IMG/VR virus record: IMGVR_UViG_3300003601_000003
Length of the DNA: 64,000 bases
Direction: 5' to 3' (one strand)
Source of the DNA: an uncultured virus (IMG/VR IMGVR_UViG_3300003601_000003)
Lineage: Duplodnaviria > Heunggongvirae > Uroviricota > Caudoviricetes
The translations under genes and the position numbers were made by a program. This document shows, in pieces, positions 56,389 through 64,000 of this stretch. Below the pieces are notes generated by a model. It was not told the DNA's origin and ran no database searches. It saw nothing but the letters and a program-made list of their open reading frames with translations. How positions within the stretch are numbered: position 1 is the first letter of the stretch; every line of letters begins with the position of its first letter.

Positions 56389-56838
56389 ATGAAGCAGAAA
56401 CATATCGAAATCCGAAAACAACAATGCTCTCTAATCGCCTCTGCAAGCACCTGTTGTCGGAGAAAAGTAGGTTCTGTGATCGTAGACCCACATTCTAATG
56501 TTGTTGTTAGTGAAGGATATAATGGACCACCAAGAGGAAGTAGTGGTGCCTTATGTGGTGGGTCTGACTGTTTGCGTGATCGGTACAAAGTCAAAAGTGG
56601 AACTCAAAATGATGTTGGATGCCATCATGCAGAAATCAACGCAATCTTAAATGCCACTCGAAATGGTATGTCTACTATGGGTAAGTGGCTCTTCACCTCA
56701 TGCGATCCATGTCTTATGTGTGCAAAGGCAATTCATCATGCAGGGATTATAAAGGTATATGCTCCTTTACAAACAGAGGTTCATCAAGAGGGGTTGATGT
56801 ATTTTAAAAATAATCATGTAGAGACAGAGAGTCTTTAA
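56389..56838 (+). CDS. dCMP deaminase
   Basis: S.C.RRKVG..IV, GYNG.P.G, HAEINAI, PC..CAKAI..AGI. Confidence 0.9.
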   Translation: MKQKHIEIRKQQCSLIASASTCCRRKVGSVIVDPHSNVVVSEGYNGPPRGSSGALCGGSDCLRDRYKVKSGTQNDVGCHHAEINAILNATRNGMSTMGKWLFTSCDPCLMCAKAIHHAGIIKVYAPLQTEVHQEGLMYFKNNHVETESL

Positions 56839-56896
56839 TAGTTTGTTTATGATACTCGATATGTAGTGTCAGCTTTTCATTCAAAGGAGATCCTAC

Positions 56897-57958
56897 ATGG
56901 ACAAAACACAAAGAGAACAACTACTCAAACTCGCTCAGAAAGATCCATCTTTCAAAGCGAAGCTCGTCAACATTCTTAAAACAGAGAAAATCGCTACTGC
57001 ACTCAACACTGAAGATGCGGCTGCTTTTGCGGCTTGGGCTAAAATGTCAAACCCACAAGGTATGAGTGTAAATGAAGTCATTTCATACCTTACTAGAGCA
57101 GGTGTTAAAGTACGCCCTCAAGGTGAGTCAAGAGCACCAAATAAAAAAGGGCCTCTTGAGGTAGGTGAACTTGTAAAAGTTGATCCTTCAAAGTGCATCC
57201 ACCCCGACAATAAGCGTAATTGTGGTGTGCTTGAGCATACACCAGATAATGAGCAGTATTGTTATGTCGTTGCTCGAATGGAACCAGCAGACCTTCGTGA
57301 ACTTTGCACTTACCAAATCTCACCAATCGACACTAAGACTGGAAAAGTTGGAAGTAAGAAATTCGAGTTCAAAGCAGTTATGCCAGCAAGAGGTATTGCG
57401 GGTCTTACCAAGAAACTTGAAAAATCCGAAGCTAAAGGAGATACCACAGCAGTTGATCGTGTGCTTGGTGAGATGCGTGAAAAAGCTCTTGCACCCCATA
57501 ATGGACATGGACTTTATCGTGCTTCTTTCAAGGATCTCGCTCACTACAAAAAAGTCATCAGCCAACCAAAAGTAGGTGACTTTGTGATGGTATATGAGCG
57601 TGGTGGTAAACTCCCTGTGCCTTCTATTCGTAAACAATACGCAGAGAAATCAAATGTTGATCGTACACGCCAAACTCTCCTTAGTGGAGAATTTGATGAT
57701 CTTGTAGAAGGTGGTCTTTCAGACTACGCTAAGATTTACTATGAGGGTCAAATGAAAGGTGCTGGATACAGTCAAAAGGAGGAGTTCTACTTCCTTATGG
57801 ACACTGTATCTCAAGGATTCACTAATGCTAATCCGACTGTAGGTACTGTGTACTACATCGCTAAAGCGTCCGATATGCCTTCTGAGAGGGAATGGAAAGA
57901 TGATCTTCGTGCCCGTCTTAAAGCAGTCGTTGAGGAACACCTCAAAGGAAGCCTCTAA
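56897..57958 (+). CDS. hypothetical protein, probable late/virion protein
   Basis: Class-1 promoter, AAAGGAGA RBS, biased codon usage. Confidence 0.65.
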   Translation: MDKTQREQLLKLAQKDPSFKAKLVNILKTEKIATALNTEDAAAFAAWAKMSNPQGMSVNEVISYLTRAGVKVRPQGESRAPNKKGPLEVGELVKVDPSKCIHPDNKRNCGVLEHTPDNEQYCYVVARMEPADLRELCTYQISPIDTKTGKVGSKKFEFKAVMPARGIAGLTKKLEKSEAKGDTTAVDRVLGEMREKALAPHNGHGLYRASFKDLAHYKKVISQPKVGDFVMVYERGGKLPVPSIRKQYAEKSNVDRTRQTLLSGEFDDLVEGGLSDYAKIYYEGQMKGAGYSQKEEFYFLMDTVSQGFTNANPTVGTVYYIAKASDMPSEREWKDDLRARLKAVVEEHLKGSL

Positions 57959-58025
57959 GACTAGCTAGTTTTTAATAATCTATTTATACTCTCTCTTTGT
58001 ATGATTATTAGAAAGAGAGAGTATT

Positions 58026-58643
58026 ATGACAAAGGCGAACCCTAGAGCAGTAGCTGAACGCTATCTGCTTATAAAGCAAGCTCGTAGGATCACTGCCAGA
58101 TCAAAGACAGCAGGTAGGGTTAAAACTGCTGGTGAAGTTCGCTTCATTAAAGATCATGGTGATGATTCAAATGCGTGGGCTTGGGGACAACACCCACCTA
58201 GCCAACGCATTATGGACTCAAACCATATCTTCAATAAAAAGAGCACGAAGAACATAGCTAAAGTTCTTCGATCTACTTTATCTTCTCTTGGTCATGCGAT
58301 GAGTGCATACACTACATTCGCTAAGATCAAGTCGAGGGATATTAGCCCCGATGGTAATCTTGGTGGTCGTGGGTATATCATGGAGATTAAAGCGATTCGT
58401 AGACAATATATGAATGTTGTAGAAGCTCTCTCTGCTATGTCTGATACACTCTATGATGAGATTACTGCTGACCATTGGAAAGTAGAACAGAGTAAAATGC
58501 TCAATCAAGTTATGGAAGAGGTTGAGGATATTAAAGATGACCCAGAAGCATGGGCTGTCGAAGTAGAAGAAGCACCAAAAGACCCAAAAAATGAGGAACT
58601 AACTAGAGACTTTAGTTCGCCTCGACCTCGAAAGGATACCTAA
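58026..58643 (+). CDS. hypothetical protein, probable virion protein
   Basis: RAVAERYL, KQA and KTAG x2 motifs; co-transcribed toward the terminase. Confidence 0.65.
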   Translation: MTKANPRAVAERYLLIKQARRITARSKTAGRVKTAGEVRFIKDHGDDSNAWAWGQHPPSQRIMDSNHIFNKKSTKNIAKVLRSTLSSLGHAMSAYTTFAKIKSRDISPDGNLGGRGYIMEIKAIRRQYMNVVEALSAMSDTLYDEITADHWKVEQSKMLNQVMEEVEDIKDDPEAWAVEVEEAPKDPKNEELTRDFSSPRPRKDT

Positions 58644-58644
58644 A

Positions 58645-61512
58645 ATGAGTAAGAATAAAAGTCATATGCCTAATGGTGGATACACCCTTACTCATGGGTC
58701 GAACTATATGATGGATGGATTCCACTTCGACACTGAATANGGTGGAGGACCCCAAGAAAAAGCTCGGNTACCCGAAGCAAAAGGGTTAGCTGATCTTCCA
58801 AGTGGAATGATCCCACTTGACAGTTCTGGTGTCTCGATGATTCCCGATGGAGTAGAACATCAAGCAGATCTTAATATGGACGAGATCACTCGTGAAGCAA
58901 CTCAAGATGTGTCTTTAGTAGATCACTCATGGCTCGCTTCACAGCCAGAACCCGACCTAAGTGGTATGAACGAGATGGAACAGGTTTATAAAGACCTCGC
59001 TGACGGACACATGAATAATGAATCTAATAATCAGCTCAAAGTACTTGAAAAGTCATGGGGTCAAACAAGCACTACAGGTCTTGACATTATCCCCAATGAG
59101 AATAGACGACACGCTCCATATAGGAATACCTATAGTGATGAGCAATCTAATTTACCTGGTGATGACTATCGTGAAGAGATGGAGCGTAACATCCGTAAGC
59201 TCGCTTATGGACACCCTATGAATGTCGTACTCTCTGAGGTAGATGAGTCTCAAGTCCTAGAGGTTAAAATCAAGCTCGCTTCTGAGTACGGTCTACATGG
59301 TCGTGTTTATGTTAAAGAAGAACACTTTCCTGGTCTTTTCAATGGTCGGTGGGACGAAGTTATCAACAAGCGTTGTGCTACTGCAATGTATATCATCCCT
59401 AAAAACAAAGACTGTGCCTTTGATCGCTTCTTAGGTATGCAAGTCGTTAATGAGATCCCTTGGAAAAAAGCCTCTAAGAATCTACTCCCTAAGTTAGAAT
59501 CTTATGGCGTTCGTCTTGCATCAGGGTCTGCTAAAACTCGTTTAAAGAAAGCCTTTATTGACCTCCTTGAAGGTAGGGTCGCTCGACAAGACAAATCAGC
59601 GACATGGTTTCCGACACAGATCGACCAATCTAGCCTTATCTCTCTTGACCATGCTCGAAGAGAACTAGAGGACGCTAGAGAGGAAAACATCTTCGTTGCT
59701 TCATATGAAGATGTTGAGCAATCAAAAATAGATAAAAAACTCAATAGGATCGCAAGTCAACTCGTCAATCAAGGATTTCTTGAGGGTGAGCAGGTAACAG
59801 CAGTTGTGGAGTCTAATAGGACAAGCTCAAAGAAGATCGAAAGACTTTATGAGTTAGCGAGTATACCTGTGGACTCTAGCTCTTATGATGGTCAAGGCAT
59901 AGGTGCTAAAACTCATACCCCACATAAAAGCAAGATCGAAGAGAACTTTAAGACTCGCTCTCAACTGAACCTCGAACAACGACACGCTTCTGCTAAAGAT
60001 AAAATTGGTCGTATCGTTAAAGCAAGAATGATTACAGCCCAAGAAGCATCTTCGATTTCCTCAAGACAAGAAACACCAGAAGATAAAGTTAAAGCAGTAT
60101 TCAATCATATCGCTAAAAACATCAAAAACCTAGCTTCTACTTATGAAGGTCAAGGTACTGATGTGAAACTATTGCTCCCTACTAGAAGTGACATTCAGAG
60201 CGACTTTAAGACTCGCTCAGAGATCACTATGGAGCAAAGGTTTGCTAGAGCGAAAGATAAGATTGCTCGCATAGTTAAAGCTGGTCTTATTTCAGCTCAA
60301 GAGGCGAACACAGTGATCGCCAAACATAAGACACCTGAAGATAAGGTTCGTGCTGTCTTTAATAGTATCGCACACAAGGTAGATGATTACTCTGATTATG
60401 AAGGTCATGGTAAGAACGCTTCGTACCATAATATGCGTAAACATCGGACAAACGCAGATGTGTATATACCTCAAAAAGGCGTTCGTGAACTCGCTCATAG
60501 ACAAAAGATGGCTATGGAGCAGTTGTCGAACCTCGTAACCTCTGGATTGATCACTGTTGAAAAAATACAAGAAGTATCTAAAGGCAAAACACCAGAAGAT
60601 AAGGTCGCCTCTGTACTAAGGTATATCGCAAAACCTATCGAATCGAAAGATTATGATGGTGTGGTTTCTACGGCACATATCATAACTGCTAGAAACAAAC
60701 TACCAACCGAGAATGTGAAAGCAACTTCGGTATCTGAGGGCAGGAAGATCGCTTCTAAAGTGGATGTTTACATCTCAAACGGTCTTATCTCAAAAGAAGA
60801 TGCTAGTCATGCCTTTACCCTTAAAGGTTCTGAAAAGTTCAAAGAGCTTTATCGCCTTGTCGTTAAAGGTGCTTCAGCTAAGAAGTCTGACTTCAAAGGT
60901 CAAAAGTTTGAAGCTCACATTGCGAAAAGAGCTTCTGCACCAACCAAGACTGCACATGAAGCACAGTCAGATAAAGTAGCAACATGGCTTCGTCAAAAAA
61001 TCAGCGAGGGTTCAGCAGGAGAAGAGTTAGATGCCTTACTCCCAGCTCGCTTCTCACAGGACATCTTGAAATCTCATTCTGATCGTATTGCCTCTGTTAG
61101 ATCTAAACATGAAGGTCTATCGGGTCATGCTTATGTCGATGCTACTGCCTACATGACAAAAGGAACAGACGGATGTGATAAAGGGGCGTTAGTTCATAGG
61201 GCTAACCAAATCCCTACTCTTCTCAAGACCTCAAAATGTGGTTCGTGTGTATTCAACACAGATGGGACTTGTCAGAAATATAACAAGCTTATCATCGCTT
61301 CAGCAGATGAAATCGTTGAAAGTCCTCAGTCTTATCAACAGGAGATGATAAGACTGGCTAATGCAAGTGATAGTGAGCAAACAGCATCACTATTTGTTAA
61401 TAACTATGACGCTAATGAGTTTAACTTAACTGCAAGTGATGAGGTGTCTATTGACGATGCCCCTTCAAATGAACAGTTAGGAGATGTTCTCTTTGGTGGC
61501 TTTGAATTATAA
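58645..61512 (+). CDS. large protein with internal ~80-aa repeats and Cys-rich C-terminal region
   Basis: Repeats of Y[DE]G.G...FKTRS...EQR...AKDKI.RIVKA..I.AQEA...TPEDKV.AVFN; two N bases at 58740 and 58768. Confidence 0.7.
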   Translation: MSKNKSHMPNGGYTLTHGSNYMMDGFHFDTEXGGGPQEKARXPEAKGLADLPSGMIPLDSSGVSMIPDGVEHQADLNMDEITREATQDVSLVDHSWLASQPEPDLSGMNEMEQVYKDLADGHMNNESNNQLKVLEKSWGQTSTTGLDIIPNENRRHAPYRNTYSDEQSNLPGDDYREEMERNIRKLAYGHPMNVVLSEVDESQVLEVKIKLASEYGLHGRVYVKEEHFPGLFNGRWDEVINKRCATAMYIIPKNKDCAFDRFLGMQVVNEIPWKKASKNLLPKLESYGVRLASGSAKTRLKKAFIDLLEGRVARQDKSATWFPTQIDQSSLISLDHARRELEDAREENIFVASYEDVEQSKIDKKLNRIASQLVNQGFLEGEQVTAVVESNRTSSKKIERLYELASIPVDSSSYDGQGIGAKTHTPHKSKIEENFKTRSQLNLEQRHASAKDKIGRIVKARMITAQEASSISSRQETPEDKVKAVFNHIAKNIKNLASTYEGQGTDVKLLLPTRSDIQSDFKTRSEITMEQRFARAKDKIARIVKAGLISAQEANTVIAKHKTPEDKVRAVFNSIAHKVDDYSDYEGHGKNASYHNMRKHRTNADVYIPQKGVRELAHRQKMAMEQLSNLVTSGLITVEKIQEVSKGKTPEDKVASVLRYIAKPIESKDYDGVVSTAHIITARNKLPTENVKATSVSEGRKIASKVDVYISNGLISKEDASHAFTLKGSEKFKELYRLVVKGASAKKSDFKGQKFEAHIAKRASAPTKTAHEAQSDKVATWLRQKISEGSAGEELDALLPARFSQDILKSHSDRIASVRSKHEGLSGHAYVDATAYMTKGTDGCDKGALVHRANQIPTLLKTSKCGSCVFNTDGTCQKYNKLIIASADEIVESPQSYQQEMIRLANASDSEQTASLFVNNYDANEFNLTASDEVSIDDAPSNEQLGDVLFGGFEL

Positions 61513-61523
61513 GGAGATAAGAT

Positions 61524-62189
61524 ATGCTTTCCTCTTACAGTCGTAGGGTCGTTGCTTCCCCTCAGTTCAAAATGCTCGTTGCTCATTTAAAGAAGTCCTC
61601 TGACCCATCAAAAGGAGAAGCAGGAAATCCCGAACCAATTCGTCAAGTTTTTGAAACACAAGTGATCACCACTAATATGGGTACTGCTGTACTTGGTAAT
61701 ATAGACGCAAGCACTAACCAAGTACGCATTAAGGTAGAGACAACTGACTTCGGTAATGAGAATCTCGGCAACGCTCCACCCTTTTATGATCAAGACATTA
61801 TTCAAGTTCAAACATCTGGATATATTGATGTTGATCGGATCAATGCCCTTAAAGCAGGAACTCACTTTGGTCGAGGTGAAGGCGAGAGTGCAGGTAACAT
61901 CAATGATGTAGCCTCTGATCTCGCTCTCGTTTTAAATGACTCGGTGACCGATATTACTGCGAGTGTAGACCCCCAAAATCTTAACCATGTTCTTGTGCGT
62001 AGTAATGAAGTTTCATCCGCTTTATTTATCAAAGTATATAGCTTCTCTTACTTACTCTTAGCAGGCACACCTCCTTTTATTATTGAAGATATGGATGGCA
62101 ACACCCTTTATGACCCGACAGCTACAGAAGGTGGTGCAGGTGTTCTTTTAGTGCGACCGAATGGTATATTACCTATGAATGAGTCCTAA
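61524..62189 (+). CDS. hypothetical structural protein
   Basis: AAGGAGA RBS, operonic. Confidence 0.6.
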   Translation: MLSSYSRRVVASPQFKMLVAHLKKSSDPSKGEAGNPEPIRQVFETQVITTNMGTAVLGNIDASTNQVRIKVETTDFGNENLGNAPPFYDQDIIQVQTSGYIDVDRINALKAGTHFGRGEGESAGNINDVASDLALVLNDSVTDITASVDPQNLNHVLVRSNEVSSALFIKVYSFSYLLLAGTPPFIIEDMDGNTLYDPTATEGGAGVLLVRPNGILPMNES

Positions 62190-62207
62190 TAAGTTAAGGA
62201 GGTTTAT

Positions 62208-62894
62208 ATGTCAATCCCCATACCAGCGGGTGCTACAAGAGTTCAAGTAGAAGATGAGTATGGTAAACTAATTTGGCGAAAGCCCTCCGAAATCCTAGAC
62301 ACCGACACAATACGCATTAACTTTAAGACAGGCGAACCTTACGCTATGTTTGGTAAGCCAGGTCAACCAAGTTCTAATAGTGCAAATGTCAAACAAACAC
62401 CTGTAAATACACCTTATATACATCCATCAAACCCACAGGCAAACATCAATCAACTACAGCAACGCAAACAAGCGAAACTAAATAGCGATGCTGTATTTGA
62501 TCAGACAAAGAAAAATGCCGATTCCTCTGAGGTATTGACTAATGTATTAGTTGGTTTAGCAGAAGAGTCTGCCTCACTTGCTTTTGAAAGAGAAGAAGCA
62601 GAGCGTAGGGGTGAATCCACATCTCAGATTTCTCTAAGGAGAGTAAATGCCTTAAAAGCTGTGGGTGACACTTGGATCAAGAAAAAAGAGATAATGTCGT
62701 CTAAATCCTTAGACTTAGAGTCTAAAGCTTTTAGGCAAGTTTTTGGACACATCGCTGAAACATTCCGTAAAGCGTGTGATGAAGCAGGGGTAAGACCCGA
62801 ACTAGCAGAGAGTGTTTTTGCTACCTTCGGAAAGATGGTAGATGACCCAGATTGGATGCAAGACGCTAAAAAGGCTATGGAGCGTGAGAAATAA
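62208..62894 (+). CDS. hypothetical protein, candidate terminase small subunit
   Basis: Helical C-terminal half; TAATG-coupled immediately upstream of the terminase large subunit; positional inference only. Confidence 0.4.
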   Translation: MSIPIPAGATRVQVEDEYGKLIWRKPSEILDTDTIRINFKTGEPYAMFGKPGQPSSNSANVKQTPVNTPYIHPSNPQANINQLQQRKQAKLNSDAVFDQTKKNADSSEVLTNVLVGLAEESASLAFEREEAERRGESTSQISLRRVNALKAVGDTWIKKKEIMSSKSLDLESKAFRQVFGHIAETFRKACDEAGVRPELAESVFATFGKMVDDPDWMQDAKKAMEREK

Positions 62895-64000
62895 TGAGTT
62901 TATCTTCGGTTGCGATCTCTGCAAGTGCTAGGGCAGGTAAGAAATCAGAAAAAGACGCAGACATCATAGAATTTGTGGAAGCATCTTGGGGATTAAAGAT
63001 GACTTTGTTTCCCGTACAAAGGGTAATCCTTAAAGCACATTATGGTCTTGAGCTTGATGATGAAAAGACATTTGAAATATCTGATTGGACTAGGACCAAA
63101 ATAGAGACACATACCGAGAAATCATATCTTCGTAAGATATATGAAGATGGTCGTTGCAATATAGGTGAGGTAATACCTGGGAAACAACGAAGAGAAATGA
63201 TCCTCTCTATTGGTCGTAGGTCTGGTAAATGTGTGACAGGTGAGACACTCATACCCACAAATAAAGGATTGGTTCGGATTGACTCTTTAGGTGATCCCAA
63301 CGGGGATGAAATACAACCACTACAAGTTAATGTCGCACAAGAGTGTGGGACAACCTCTAGGTCGGCTTATTTTTATAACGGAGGTGTTAAACCTACTAAA
63401 TACCTAGAGACATTCTGTGGGTACAGGATCGAGGGTACAGGAAATCATCGCATTAAAGTGATGACTCCCGAATGTAAGATCGAATGGAAGTATCTTGAAG
63501 AGATTGAAAATGGTGATGTGGCTTGCATCAATAGATCCAGTCAGCTTTGGTCTAATGACTATGTGGATGTAAGTCAGCACCACACTGAAAAAGATCAACC
63601 TAAATATCTTGATGAAACTTGGGGAGAGTTATTAGGATTATTAGCAGGTGACGGTCACTGGACAAATGAGAAAGCAGTTGGTATAACAGTAGGTGAGAAA
63701 GCCTTTGAGCCTTACCTTATGTCTTTATTTCGTAACCTCTTTGGGAAAGTCTCTTATCACCCAGATAAGCGTAAGGTTGATGTCGGTCAAGTGTTAGCCT
63801 ACGGGAAAGACCTAAGAAAGTTCCTCGATAACTTAGGTTGGGTAATCGACTGCACGACTAGAACTAAAAGTGTTCCACATACAGTCCTTAAATCCCCTAT
63901 GTCTGTAGTATGTGCTTTCCTTAGAGGACTCTTTGAAACAGATGGTTCGGCTTATGACTCTGCCATTACTCTTTCTACTGCTTCTTATCAACTCGCACAT
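62894..64000 (+). CDS. terminase large subunit (5' part, runs off window), intein-interrupted
   Basis: Not in ORF track (no stop); MSLSSVA...IIEFVE..WG..LFPVQRVILK...EMILSIGRRSGK: Q-motif and terminase Walker A GRRSGK. Confidence 0.8.
   Translation, partial: MSLSSVAISASARAGKKSEKDADIIEFVEASWGLKMTLFPVQRVILKAHYGLELDDEKTFEISDWTRTKIETHTEKSYLRKIYEDGRCNIGEVIPGKQRREMILSIGRRSGKCVTGETLIPTNKGLVRIDSLGDPNGDEIQPLQVNVAQECGTTSRSAYFYNGGVKPTKYLETFCGYRIEGTGNHRIKVMTPECKIEWKYLEEIENGDVACINRSSQLWSNDYVDVSQHHTEKDQPKYLDETWGELLGLLAGDGHWTNEKAVGITVGEKAFEPYLMSLFRNLFGKVSYHPDKRKVDVGQVLAYGKDLRKFLDNLGWVIDCTTRTKSVPHTVLKSPMSVVCAFLRGLFETDGSAYDSAITLSTASYQLAH
63230..64000 (+). mobile_element. intein with LAGLIDADG endonuclease inserted in the terminase Walker A
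   Basis: Block A CVTGETLIPT directly after GRRSGK; block B IEGTGNHRI; endonuclease motifs LLGLLAGDG and FLRGLFETDGS. Confidence 0.85.

Larger units (their letters stand above)
1320..56850. promoter_or_regulatory. dispersed class-1 motif TAGTTTNTTTAT (putative phage late promoter), about 21 copies
   Basis: Copies at 1320, 5789, 7416(-), 9549(-), 12019, 15157, 18806, 22005, 22468, 23091, 23762, 24261, 26500, 29621, 36777, 38309(-), 48899, 51722, 53065, 53467, 55031(-), 56839; mostly 30-60 bp upstream of a start codon in the same orientation. Confidence 0.8.

Noticed and set aside
58740..58768. Two N bases as evidence of programmed hypervariability (DGR-type)
   Set aside because: Isolated third-codon-position ambiguities; no reverse transcriptase or template/variable repeat pair in the window
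1..64000. Alternative genetic code (stop-codon reassignment), common in some large phages
   Set aside because: Coding density is high and conserved genes are intact with code 11; TAA, TAG and TGA all terminate recognisable genes at the expected positions

Overview
The window is a gene-dense, AT-rich segment of a large (probably jumbo) tailed dsDNA phage genome read in the standard code; there are no rRNA genes and no CRISPR array. It holds a head module (prohead protease, acidic scaffold, decoration-like protein, HK97-type major capsid at 15.7-20.4 kb) and an intein-containing terminase large subunit running off the right end. Replication/repair genes include a CHC2 primase Zn finger, an SSB-like protein, type IB topoisomerase, an SbcC-like ATPase, DnaX and a giant SNF2-like protein. 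Host-like genes include NusG, Dps, sirtuin, CNNM/CorC, GroEL-like, glutamine synthetase II, a Mesh1-like HD hydrolase, JmjC, PIN-PhoH, dCMP deaminase and dNK. The most striking unexplained structure is a dispersed family of at least 10 expression cassettes. They share a ~20-aa leader (MRRSASEIINNLENRIARLE), most also share a ~60-bp promoter/RBS block, and they carry unrelated payload domains. Several sit directly behind a gene and are followed by an orphan copy of that gene's last 9-18 codons, sometimes synonymously recoded, which points to a recurrent cassette-acquisition mechanism. Other notable items are two phage-specific promoter motifs, a ~250-nt structured ncRNA candidate at 1040-1290 (-), a DNA methyltransferase split over three coupled genes, EF-hands in the scaffold, RBS-occluding hairpins and hints of a Myxococcota host. 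All functional calls come from motif recognition by eye; no database searches were run.
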